From Tubulanus polymorphus (Eukaryota > Animalia > Nemertea), in assembly GCF_964204645.1 (NCBI RefSeq), contig NC_134035.1, positions 10,696,451-10,760,450 of the forward strand: a stretch of 64,000 nucleotides of DNA, read 5' to 3'. The notes under the pieces are model-generated. The model was not told the origin of the DNA, ran no database searches, and worked only from the letters and a program-made list of their open reading frames with translations. This document shows positions 13,908-25,081 of the stretch, piece by piece. Position 1 is the stretch's first letter, and every line of letters starts with the position of its first letter. A program made the position numbers and the translations under genes.

Positions 13908-16900
13908 CTATGTTGTCTTGTTCGACTTTTGACCGTTTTTCATGCATAAATCGTGGTCTCGAATATCGCCCCAGCCGCCATTGGGTTTCGCCGCTTTTCG
14001 AAATGACGCTCTTCCCTTCGTAACCATAAGTTCGCTGGGATAAAGCGACTTTTTCGACCGAGCGATAACGCGTTCAATTTCGATAACGCGTTGATCTGGG
14101 TTACAATTAGTGCCTTTATGATGTAGTCCCTCGCTGAAAGAAAAGACGACACGTATTTAGTTTATTTAGTCCGCGACAATCCACAGGGGTCTGTCTTGTC
14201 GCATATCTTTGAGAGTTCATTCTTCATAAACAAACGTCCTGTTTTTAGATATCCATACACACAGGGACTACTCGCTCACAGTTGGTTAGAGTTAACTGGT
14301 AGATAGTTGACATAGTGGCAATTAAAACTTCATCATCAGTGGTATTTATCAGCCGGTTATCGTTGACCAACCTTTGACCAACAGCCGGCCCCAGCAGATG
14401 ATCTGTAAACAGAGTATAAAACGTCGCGTGTTTTTGACTTTTTTTTAAATGTTTGAATCATACATTGCTTTCAAATCTGTTCATAGTGGTTTCGTATATT
14501 CACCTCGTTTGGGGGTCACTAATGTACTAATGTACTAATGATAATGAATGAATAAAAACGGTATCAATGACCAACCCCGGTAATATGTAATACAAGAAAA
14601 TCCTCTACGAAACAGCGATACTTGGGTTGGTCATCGATACTGGTGTCATCTGTTCGCTGTATAATGTATGTGAAAAGCCCACATGTGCCGCAATCTACTG
14701 TGGCAACCTTAGTTTATCCATTATACGTCCATGGTTTATCTATAGAATACTTTCCCTGAATCAATTCGATTATTTCAAAGTGAACTTGTCTTCAAGCGTA
14801 CTTGAATTAAATCATTAAACAGCCCCTATAGTAAACATCATTCAATAAACCATTATTTATGTACATGTGATTTATAAGATGTATCATTTTCGGTTTGTAT
14901 TTATTTATAAAGCTTCAATCGTCTGTTTTTATGCATGGCGAGCGAGTATGATTGAATGCATTATGGATGCTTCTGTCGGCTTCGACAGGCTGATTTAGTA
15001 TCTTCGTGTAGCCGCGTATTATTTTCCAAACATTTCCCTCCTCTACCATATACATTTTTAGGAACGTCCAATAACGTCACACTTTAATGGAAATGAATTC
15101 ATATTTCTATTGCTATCTTGGGACGAAATTTGCCAAATCATTGTTGGACACTGTCTCATACATGACACGTACATTCGTATTTGTCACGCGAAAACTGTTT
15201 GTGTAGATGTAATTCAAATCAAATCGACGACGAATTCCATGTTTTACTCTGCAAACCCCCTAAGCAGTATCATTCCCCGATGTAATTAGAATTATTGGAA
15301 TTATCAAAGCATCTATGCATTCATTAATTCGATGAATACAACATCCATTAATTTCTTATTAAGTGCATTGGAAAAGTTCTATGGCTGTGGGGAAAATTGT
15401 TTCTGGGAGTTACTTAGATGTTAAACGCTGCTTGTTGTAAGTGTCGAACGCCTACAGTTTGATCGATGGAAAATGTCTCTAAGTCTACAAGAATGGTAAT
15501 TCCATTATTATCATAATCACTGTTATTATTGATACTATGTACCTACCATTCCCCAATGTGGAAAACCCTAGGCGAACTTAAAGCGAGGCAGTTGAATTTT
15601 GGTGGTTTAAAGCACACGTTTCCAACATGTTGTAACGTCCAGTCCCAGTTATAATCATCGTAATGACAAAATTCGCTCAGACACGTCGAAAATCTATTCC
15701 AGAATGTCCGATTCATCACTATACCCATATTATGCGACGACGATATCCATTGAGTAATTTCCACCTGGAATAAACAGGCAGCGATTATCATTTATGACGC
15801 TCCGTTTAGTATATATATGCAGCATACGGATTTATTGCTAACTGTTAATTTTGATGGCAGTTCAGTGTCTGAATATATGTTCAAGTTTCAGTATTTATTG
15901 AATACAGAGTTGAATTCACAGTTTATTATACGGAATAGAGATTTTTAAGTTACCAGGCGCCATTTTGAGGTGGTCCCGCGGGTCCTGCATTGTTGGACAG
16001 ATTTTGACATTTTTTACAGTAAACTGTTTAGTACAATAAACCATTTTACAGTTGCTAGCCGCCATTTTGTTAGGGTACTTTTGTCCCGTATTGTTGGGTC
16101 ATTTTTTTCTCTTTTTTAAAAACTATCCGTGATGTGTATTGTATCATATTTCATCTGTCCATGGATGGATTTTGACAACTTCAGCAACATTCAAACCGCG
16201 TGAATCTCTAGTTTTCAGTTATGTTAAAATCATTTCTCAAATTTACAACAATGCGACATGAGAGCGATATAAAAATCGGTGGTCAGTTTTTGCCGTGCGC
16301 ATAGAAATCCAGGGTACTGAACTTTAGAGTTCGTTTTTTTCAGAAATAATTTTCTAAAAAATCCAAACATTTCAAGCACTGTGCGCATAAACGCCCCCTT
16401 TCAGGTGAACTTTGAAATTTTAAGATATCTTGCCTAGTTTTTTTCCTATGGCTCTTTAACTGCAGCGCGTGTATTGTCATTCCGAGATTTGGCGCTGTTT
16501 TCTTTGCGTGTATTTCAGTATATGGGTGTTATTTCTTCATTTTCACTACACTTATCTCTACGGAAAATGGTTTTAATTGTTGGTACGAGTATCAGGTTTA
16601 AATATTACGGCATTAATACTGTATTCCGTTCTCCGGCGCTAGTTCGTAATGGCTGTAATGGTAACCGCTTTTACGGCAGGCAGAGGCTTACGTACATGCA
16701 CCCAAGAAAACCCAAAATATCACTCTTTTGTTGTAAATGCAATCCACACACTTCTTGCGTTTTTGGTGATGGTAGATGTCACTTTTTACTTTTTATCACC
16801 TGCGTCTGACATTCGAAAAAAAGAAAACGTTTTCCTATATTTTTTTCCCAATCTAATCAATCTTGAGTGTACTTAATAGAAAGTATTCATAGAAAGTAGC

Positions 16901-19900
16901 TGAATATTTGCCCCACCCCATTTGTCCAGCTTTTTGACCACTTCTCCATCCATCTAATTTCAGTAGATTTTTATGTAAATTTATTGATAGACTACTGATT
17001 TAAATGGTCATCATACTCGATTTTGAGTGCTATATTTCATTTCTTCTTCCATCTCGATATAGGCCCATATATTCTCTTCCCGCGCGCAACTTCGAATGCG
17101 TGATCAAAATGCCGCTCAGTCTCGCTGCTAAAACTGGTCAGAAAAATCCCTTAAACCCCAACATCTCTAATGTCTCCGATCTATTATATTGCATAAACGA
17201 CGTGATATTTAAACCTGATACTCGTACCAACAATTAAAACCATTTTCCGTAGAGACAAGTGTAGTGAAAATGAAGAAATAACACCCATATACTGAAATAC
17301 ACGCAAAGAAAACAGCGCCGAATCTCGGAATGACAATACACGCGCTGCAGTTAAAGAGCCATAGGAAAAAAACTAGGCAAGATATCTTAAAATTTCAAAG
17401 TTCACCTAAAAGGGGGCATTTATGCGCACAGTGCTTGAAATGTTTGGATTTTTTAGAAAATTATTTCTGAAAATAACGAACTTCAAATTCAGTACCCTGG
17501 ATTTCTATGCGCACGGCAAAAACTGAGAACCGATTTTTATATCGCTCTCATGTCGCATTGTTGTAAATTTGAGGAATGATTTTAACATAACTGAAAACTA
17601 GAGATTCACGCGGTTTGAATGTTGCTGAAGTTGTCAAAATCCATCCATCGACAGATGAAATATGATACAATACACATCACGGATAGTTTTTAAAAAAGAG
17701 AAAAAAATGACCCAACAATACGGGACAAAAGTACCCTAACAAAATGGCGGCTAGCAACTGTAAAATGGTTTATTTATTGTCGTCCTATTGTGGAGACTTT
17801 CAGAACATATATCATTGGGCTTTCATAAATTATATAAACAAGCTTTTAGGGAACTTAGTAGGTTTCGGTTATCAGCGGTTAAACTATACCAACAAGTAAT
17901 GTACGGAAGCTGGAATTCATTACCAGTGTTGCAGTTACAAGACAACCTGCGTGGATGCGTACGTCATACATAAACATAGATAGAAGTAATATAAATAAAT
18001 AAGTCTGGAAGTGACGTATGTGTCTACGTAGGAAAACCTAATATGGTGCGGCCATGGACTCTGATGAGTGCAAAAAGATATTTTTAGATAATTGTGACGA
18101 GTGCAGATACATGATCACCCATACATGGATTGGAGAAATGTTGTGACGTAGGAATACGTCACAATCCACGAATTCCAAACCATGTGTGGAAGAGGGCCTG
18201 CACACGTTACTAAAGAGAAAATGATATAAAAAGGGAGCGTTTATTGTTGTTAAAGAAAGGTTTAAAAGGGGTTTAAGAAAGTTAGAAGTTTTTAGAGGTT
18301 GAGAGAGCAGAGCTCCAGGAAGAGATTATATACATCTAGTCGAGAGATAATAAACGAATTTATAATTTAAAAAGTCGTTTTAAGTTATATACGGGAGCCT
18401 TGGAAGAAAGTCAAAACCCAGGATTAAAACACGGAAACAGACCAAGTTTAATCTCCGAAACATTGTTCCCGAAACCACGCTTCCCGTCTCTCTCGTAAAC
18501 GCACAGGACGCAGGTTAACGCTCGGAAACATGTTATTTCACTAGTAGATAAAAACCCACAATAAAAAGAAAAACTATCTGGTAGCTTAACGTCTCAACTC
18601 AATTCTATGAGCCATTTTCAAAAACAGTTTTTGAAAATGGCTCATAGAATTGAGTTGAAACGTTAAGCTACCAGATAGTTTTTCTTTTTATTGTGGGTTT
18701 TTATCTACTATTGATATTGGACAGCCATTTGTCTATGGAAACCAAAATGTTATTTCACCCTGTTTCCGTGCTTCCTTGCGTCGTGGTCGTTGGGTTTGAA
18801 AAATCATTTTTTCCTTTTATTCGCAATATCCACATTTCTATGTCTATTCGTGTTTGCAGTCTATTGTCGGTTTATGCCTGAATAATTACCGTCCTCGTCA
18901 GATCTCCGATAGCGTTTAGCTTTCGATAATTTCCCAACGCACCGACATGACAATCACTGCACCACCTAAAACAACGGAATAAGATACATATACATTTCCT
19001 AGTTTGCCTGGTTCTGCTAAATCACGATCAGGCAGACACGCAAATTAAATAATAACACGTTGTAATGACCATTGAAGAGTCATTAGCAGCATTATTTTCC
19101 TTATTTGATAGTTTAATACAATCGGAAAATTTCCGTTCCGTGTTTTGTTCTCATTCGCCATAAATATTTCAATTACGGTACTGATGTCTAATTCACGATA
19201 CCGAACAACACTTGAAACAGTGCCCAGGCACGAGCCTGTATATATTGCTAATAGGTGTAAAATGCAATTTTCGAATCGTTGATATTACTGAGTTTGGATG
19301 TCAATTTCAATCTATGCAAACATTTGGATTGTAATGTGTTTACTTTCCTCAAAGCTGGATGAACGCATTAAAAAGATTCTACCAGTCTGCAACACGAGTA
19401 AGCGCTCAACGTATAGAAAAATCAGCCGCTGCCCACGAATCATCAAATTACCTAAAGCTTTCTTATACATAGCTGATTTAAGTATAGCTTTCTGTGTAGG
19501 GAAAAGATTGACATATGTTTATACATGTATGTCATATAAACACATATAATTAGATTGTTATATGTTTTAATGATTCAAAAAGCATATAAATAGGTGGTAT
19601 TGTGTTCTGCTTTAGTCTGTATAGATTGGTAAAGCTTTATAAATGTAGGGTATAAATTGGTATATCTACAATTAGTCTGCTGAGCTGATGCAGATTACTA
19701 AGTAGTTGGTATAGCTAGTTGTTTCACCAACAATATAAATTCTACAAACAGTTGTTATAACTTTTGTTCTATCTATCTATATATCCAGACTGAAAATAGC
19801 CTCAACTATCTACAGTTGGTATAGCTGTCTGATTATTTGGTTTAGATTGTGAACTGTCAACGTTGCCGGTACAGATGTGAGTGTTTACGTAGCTGATCAA

Positions 19901-22037
19901 GTTAGCTGACAGTATAGTTGCTAACCTAGGCGTAAAGCATAGAGACGAGGTTTACCTGCCCCACGATTCGGTCAGTTTTCCAACAACGTGAACGAAATCA
20001 TCGACGACGTAGTGATCTTCCTCGAGCAGAAGTACGGGTCCGTCGTATCGTCTTGTCGCTCTCAGTTCGTCGAAAACTCGACGCAGCTAGAAAGAAATAC
20101 ACGAATGTATGGCGTTTGCAAAACAACACGTTTCGACGTCGAAATAGGCAACTATTAAGCTTTGGTAGTCAATTAATTTGCTTCAGTCGCGATCTTCACA
20201 ACACTTATCTTCACTTCAAACAACTATCTACATTTCTAGGTGAGGTATACAACCATTTAGCCGAGTGGTCCAACGTAATTTACGTTCTACTGAACGATAA
20301 GCCGCGACCACAAGGAGACGATTTTGCATGGGCTATATTTCGCTCGGGCCTGGTCGAATGTTTTTGGTCGGGGGTTTGGTCCTTTCAACCTGATTTTGCA
20401 ACGGCCAAAAATGCTCGACGTGTGATCGCCACTGTAATGCCCACACAGAGAGTAATTCTGCGAGGAAATCTGCGAGGAAATCTGGAAGTAATTCTGCGTG
20501 TAATTCTACGAGTCATTCAACAATCAATATTCTTCTTCGAACAACATGTTCTTCTGCTCTCTGCGCGAACGTTATTTTTTGGAGCAATATTGTAATCGTT
20601 ATTTTCACAATCCACAAAACCTATTTCAAACACTATCATTTGTGCAACGACATCTTAGATCGATGATTCGGATGCATATAAAAGTACATTAAAAACCTAT
20701 CCTCCATTACCTTCCATATCCAATGGTGTTTCGTTTGTGTAATTTTCGCTTCCCTATAATGTCCGTACATATCCGGATATTTGGCGTTATTGCAATTCTT
20801 TTCTAAAGCTCTGTAAACGGAAAAATTTTTGATTAGGATGAAACGGTTAACAAGTAGAAAATATGTCTTGGAAATATGCCGATAACGATTAAGAAATAGT
20901 ATAGAAATATAAGGTTATGGATTTTTGGTTGTTACTTGTATCGATGACTTATATGGAAACACCATATGCGTCAATAGACCATATGGTACGCAATACCATA
21001 TGGTTCTTTACAGCAGATTTGAAAATACTTCAAAGAAAGAAAAACATCGATAGTTACATGAGCTAAGCCCGGAGCCCATGACTCGTTACAATGTAGTTTT
21101 CACCAGCATGCAAATGACTGCGTCGAACCAGTTGCTCGAATCTGCGATTCATAAGATACGACCTATTTCCAGTTGCGGCTACGTTACTTGGAATTATGAA
21201 TAGATTATTTCTTACTTCTGTTGTCCGATGTCTCGGGGGCAGTCATCGGGATCGGTACCGGGGAATACGTCAGGAAACTGTTGAATCGTAGTGGGATAGA
21301 ATATCTGCAACAGCTGGAAAATAAGGAAAGATTCCTTCGATTATCTAATCGACAATATGTGTTCCTGAAGATGTAACGTATTGACAATCATCGAGCAAAT
21401 CACATAAAAATATCCAATAATAGTTCTTTGAATATCTATATATTGTCCTGCCTGTCCTCCCTTTCGACCAAGAATATGATTGTGGATGTTCGATTCGCAT
21501 TCGAAGTCCCGTTGATCAGCAGCTATCGTTTATCGGTATTTTCAAAAATTCCATAAACGTTTCAACAAAGAAACCGTTGAAATATTAAGCGTTTTGACTT
21601 ACGGGGAAAACCGACTGTTTCCGGACGAACTCGTTGATTTCCGCCGAGTAGAAGTCGTGGCTGAGTATCACCAGCGTTTCGTCGATATGTCTCGACCGGC
21701 TCAAAGAAGCGAGCAGCTTTCGGAGATATTGTAGTCGCTTGTGAACTTGCACGATAATCACAATTCTAAAATCGGTGTCGTTCGACAGAAAATGTGCGTT
21801 GTTGATTTTTTGTTCGTCATTGATACGCGTGACGTCACTTTCCATGCGGCCGTCCGAGGAGATTCCGCGGTTCGCTACGATCCGTCGGGTTTTAACTGTC
21901 GTTACTATTTCCATTCGGTCATCACCAATCGGCAAACGTCCGTGTTTACACGCAGGGTATACCAGACACAGATAAGCGACGAATAAGCATCCGGCGATTT
22001 TCGCCAACTGCTTCTCCCGACGTTTCCAACGAAGCAT
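13908..22037 (-). CDS. MGAT2: Alpha-1,6-mannosyl-glycoprotein 2-beta-N-acetylglucosaminyltransferase (GnT-II), 7 exons, 427 aa
   Basis: Exons 22037-21603, 21313-21216, 20810-20711, 20086-19956, 18965-18890, 15764-15547 and 14133-13908, all GT-AG with matching phases (1284 nt total). Motifs: type II TM anchor, IVQVHKRLQYL, SHD, FPGTDPDDCPRD, CNNAKYPDMYGHYREAKITQTKHHWIWK, LLEEDHY, HNMG, FCHYDDYNWDWTL, PRVFHIGEC, NGGWGDIRDHDLC. Confidence 0.95.
16035..17774. mobile_element. Non-autonomous foldback/TIR element with about 570-bp near-perfect inverted repeats, in MGAT2 intron 5
   Basis: About 16035-16609 is the reverse complement of about 17201-17774 with few mismatches. The roughly 590-bp spacer has no transposase ORF. 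TSD not resolved. Confidence 0.85.
17927..18431 (+). mobile_element. Possible solo-LTR-like remnant
   Basis: TG...CA bounded segment with GATATAAAAAGGG (about 18223), a purine-rich tract and AATAAA (about 18349) near the 3' end. Left boundary and TSD not established. Confidence 0.3.
18542..18710. mobile_element. Penelope-like palindromic insertion with degenerate hammerhead motif
   Basis: Near-perfect 84-bp inverted arms centred at about 18626. Contains TTGAAAA-TGGCTCA-TAGAAT-TGAGTT-GAAA-CGTT. ATGTTATTTCAC is duplicated at 18530-18541 and 18747-18758. Confidence 0.65.
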
Positions 22038-22265
22038 TTTCAGTGCAATTCACCTTCTCTCGTTTCTTTCAAGCATCGAAAGTCAGGACAATGCATGGCG
22101 ATCGCTGAAATATAATGCTAAAAAAGTCGAATCACGAATAATGATATTGAGGCCTTTTAGTGCTGCGCAATTATAACAAGTGGTTCTGGCGGCGTAGTGA
22201 ACGAATTTCCAAGCGTTTTATTCCGGTGTGTGAAAAAGTTATCCACAAAAAAATTGTTATATATA

Positions 22266-22404
<139 letters not shown>

Positions 22405-22956
22405 TTTTTCATCTCTGGGAAACGTACAATCGATAATCGATAGGCTTTTAATTAACATATATACAAGAAATGATGTCCATTACTCGTACGAGCGGTTTCT
22501 TTATTGGAGGGCTTACACGAGTTATATCAGAATAAAAAAATCATACCGCAATTCGAACGAGTTTTACTTGTAGTTTTTATTAGTGTGTCGTTCATAAATT
22601 TTCTCCAAGTATTTTTCGAGAATCATTAGAAAACATTTGAATGTTCAATCGAAGCCGTTCAAAAAGAAATTCATTACTATATTTCGAAACCAATTTTTCT
22701 ACGGAATGTTATTTTTTTTTAATAGTAAATATAGTCCGAAATTTAGGTCGATCATTCTGTTGTATTGCATTGGCGAGCGAACCGTACAACGCGAACTCGT
22801 CAACATCGACAAACCGATGTCATGTCGTCGAAATTCGTAAATGAATCCGTATTGGTATTGGTTTCAGATAAACGAAGTTAATTGAAAATGACTGACATAT
22901 GTATATATATACACTGTATATACAGTTTTTATGGAGGCAGATATCTATGTATATAT

Positions 22957-23191
<235 letters not shown>

Positions 23192-24919
23192 CTAAAAGGT
23201 GATTTGTCCTATAACCAAAAATGATAAACCCCCGAAAGCGGTTTTGGGCGTGACGTCATAATTTGCTCGTTGCTTTTGTTGTTTGACCATCCTGTGTATG
23301 ACGTAACGAAGTCAAAGGGAAAAGAGCGTATGGCTGCTAGATCACTTTATGATATCATTTATGTTAGATATAATGGCAAAACCTATAAATGATGTAGATT
23401 GATAGCAGCACTGTTAGCTACGGATGACTTGGCAGGAAAGTACGTTTGGCGCTATATATGTGACTCGTCACCGTAATGTAGCTGGTAAATACACAAAAGA
23501 TGCGTCTCCTGTGTCCGACCGAGTTTCCAAATTAAACAACTACAGGTCTTCTCTTATGATAATAGCATAATTCAATGCTGCGTTGTCCGAAATTGCTACG
23601 TATATACGCATATTCGCTACTTTTCTTTCAAAACTTCGACAAAAAATTCCAAAACTTTTAACCAGAAGAACCCCGGACAATTAAACGAAGAGTCCAGATT
23701 TATCGCTCTATAAATTCGGATTCGCTGTAGCAATGATACCATACGGACTATTACCATCTTTCGATAAAAGTGTATATCAACTTACCCGTATAAATGTCTA
23801 TTTCAATAATGCGGTTAGCTTTTTATGTTTAAGTTTAAAATATAGAATCAAAATAGATGTAGAGAGAATCTCACAATAATAACGAAAACAGTTTGAATAT
23901 GTTACTTCGTAGTTTCCCGAGGATGACTTTTGAAATATAGTCGAATCGTTGGATAAACCTCTAGGCCCAGTGCCATTTTCGAACTGTACTTTGTGGGATT
24001 CACACTACATAATCGTAACAACACGGATATGTGTTTTATCAATCGTCGAATGGATGTCTACAAGTTTGTTATTTGATCGCTTCGTAATCATAGAAACATA
24101 AAAGCCTTACTTAACGTGGTGGCGTTGTGTCCATAAATCCGATTTATGATTGTCAGTTGTGTTTCTTTCCAATTGCGAGTCGAAACTGGAATATGGAGGC
24201 TCAATAGGAACACAAGCGACGATATCGATAATCTGAACAGACCACTCCGAACCCAGGATCCAGCTGTTCCAACGCGCCTAGTTCACCAGGCAATGAATGA
24301 TTCCAATCAGATGCGAAAATGTATATATCTGGTCATAATGAACTATAGCAGGATTCATAACGACACAATAGACCGAATCGACGCATATGCTACAACTTGG
24401 AAAAACGAACGTACTCCATTAGACCATGGACTCTAAAAACGGAGAGTCCATGATTAGATCCAATATCGGTTCAAAGAAACGAATAAATGAAGTTTATGTA
24501 CGAAACTAATATATCAACGTTGGATATTGTATTGTTTATTTAATCATAGTTTCATATATTTGATGCACACTAGACTTTAAGGCCCGTATTTGGGAGTTAG
24601 GGAGGTCGGAGGGGGCAGTTCAAATGAACCTACCGAACCTACCGACACTCGCCGACGCCTGAAGATGCTTTACAAATATTGAGCTTTGGTTATATATACT
24701 TTTTCGTTAGTTCTCGTCGTAAGTGTCTTTCAAACTTACACCATTCGAGGCTAAATTGCGGGCAAACTTTCTTCCTTCTTCACTCCAAATATGCTAGAAA
24801 GCCGTGGAATTGCTCGGTTTTGTATCTGATTTAAAAAAAAGTTTTCGGAGGAGCACTCCCACGACTTCCGACTTAAACAATGCAACTTAAACGTGTGAGC
24901 CTAAGACACGCCTAGCAGT

Positions 24920-24986
24920 ATCGGGATCGATACCGGGGAATACGTCAGGAAACAGTTTAATGGAAAAAGGATAACATATTGCACTG
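24920..24986 (-). pseudogene. Orphan degenerate copy of MGAT2 coding exon 2
   Basis: 24920-24953 matches 21245-21278 at 33/34 nt. It translates as ICYPFSIKLFPDVFPGIDPD versus IFYPTTIQQFPDVFPGTDPD in the intact exon. No donor site or other exons were found nearby. Confidence 0.75.
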
Positions 24987-25081
24987 ATGCGAATCGACGA
25001 TGTAATGTATTTGTTCTTGGAAATGTAAGAAATTGACATTCGCCCATCTGAAGGACAATGTATGGATAATGGGCCTGATTT

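Noticed and set aside
15330-15484. Possible MGAT2 last exon or TGA/selenocysteine junction (FHRSNCRRST...)
   Set aside because: Contains several stops, and the true last exon with NGGWGDIRDHDLC is at 14133-13908 and joins in phase to give Cys.
20053-20595. 180-aa plus-strand ORF
   Set aside because: Antisense to MGAT2 within intron 3, non-ATG start, includes a degenerate 13-bp repeat, and has no domain.
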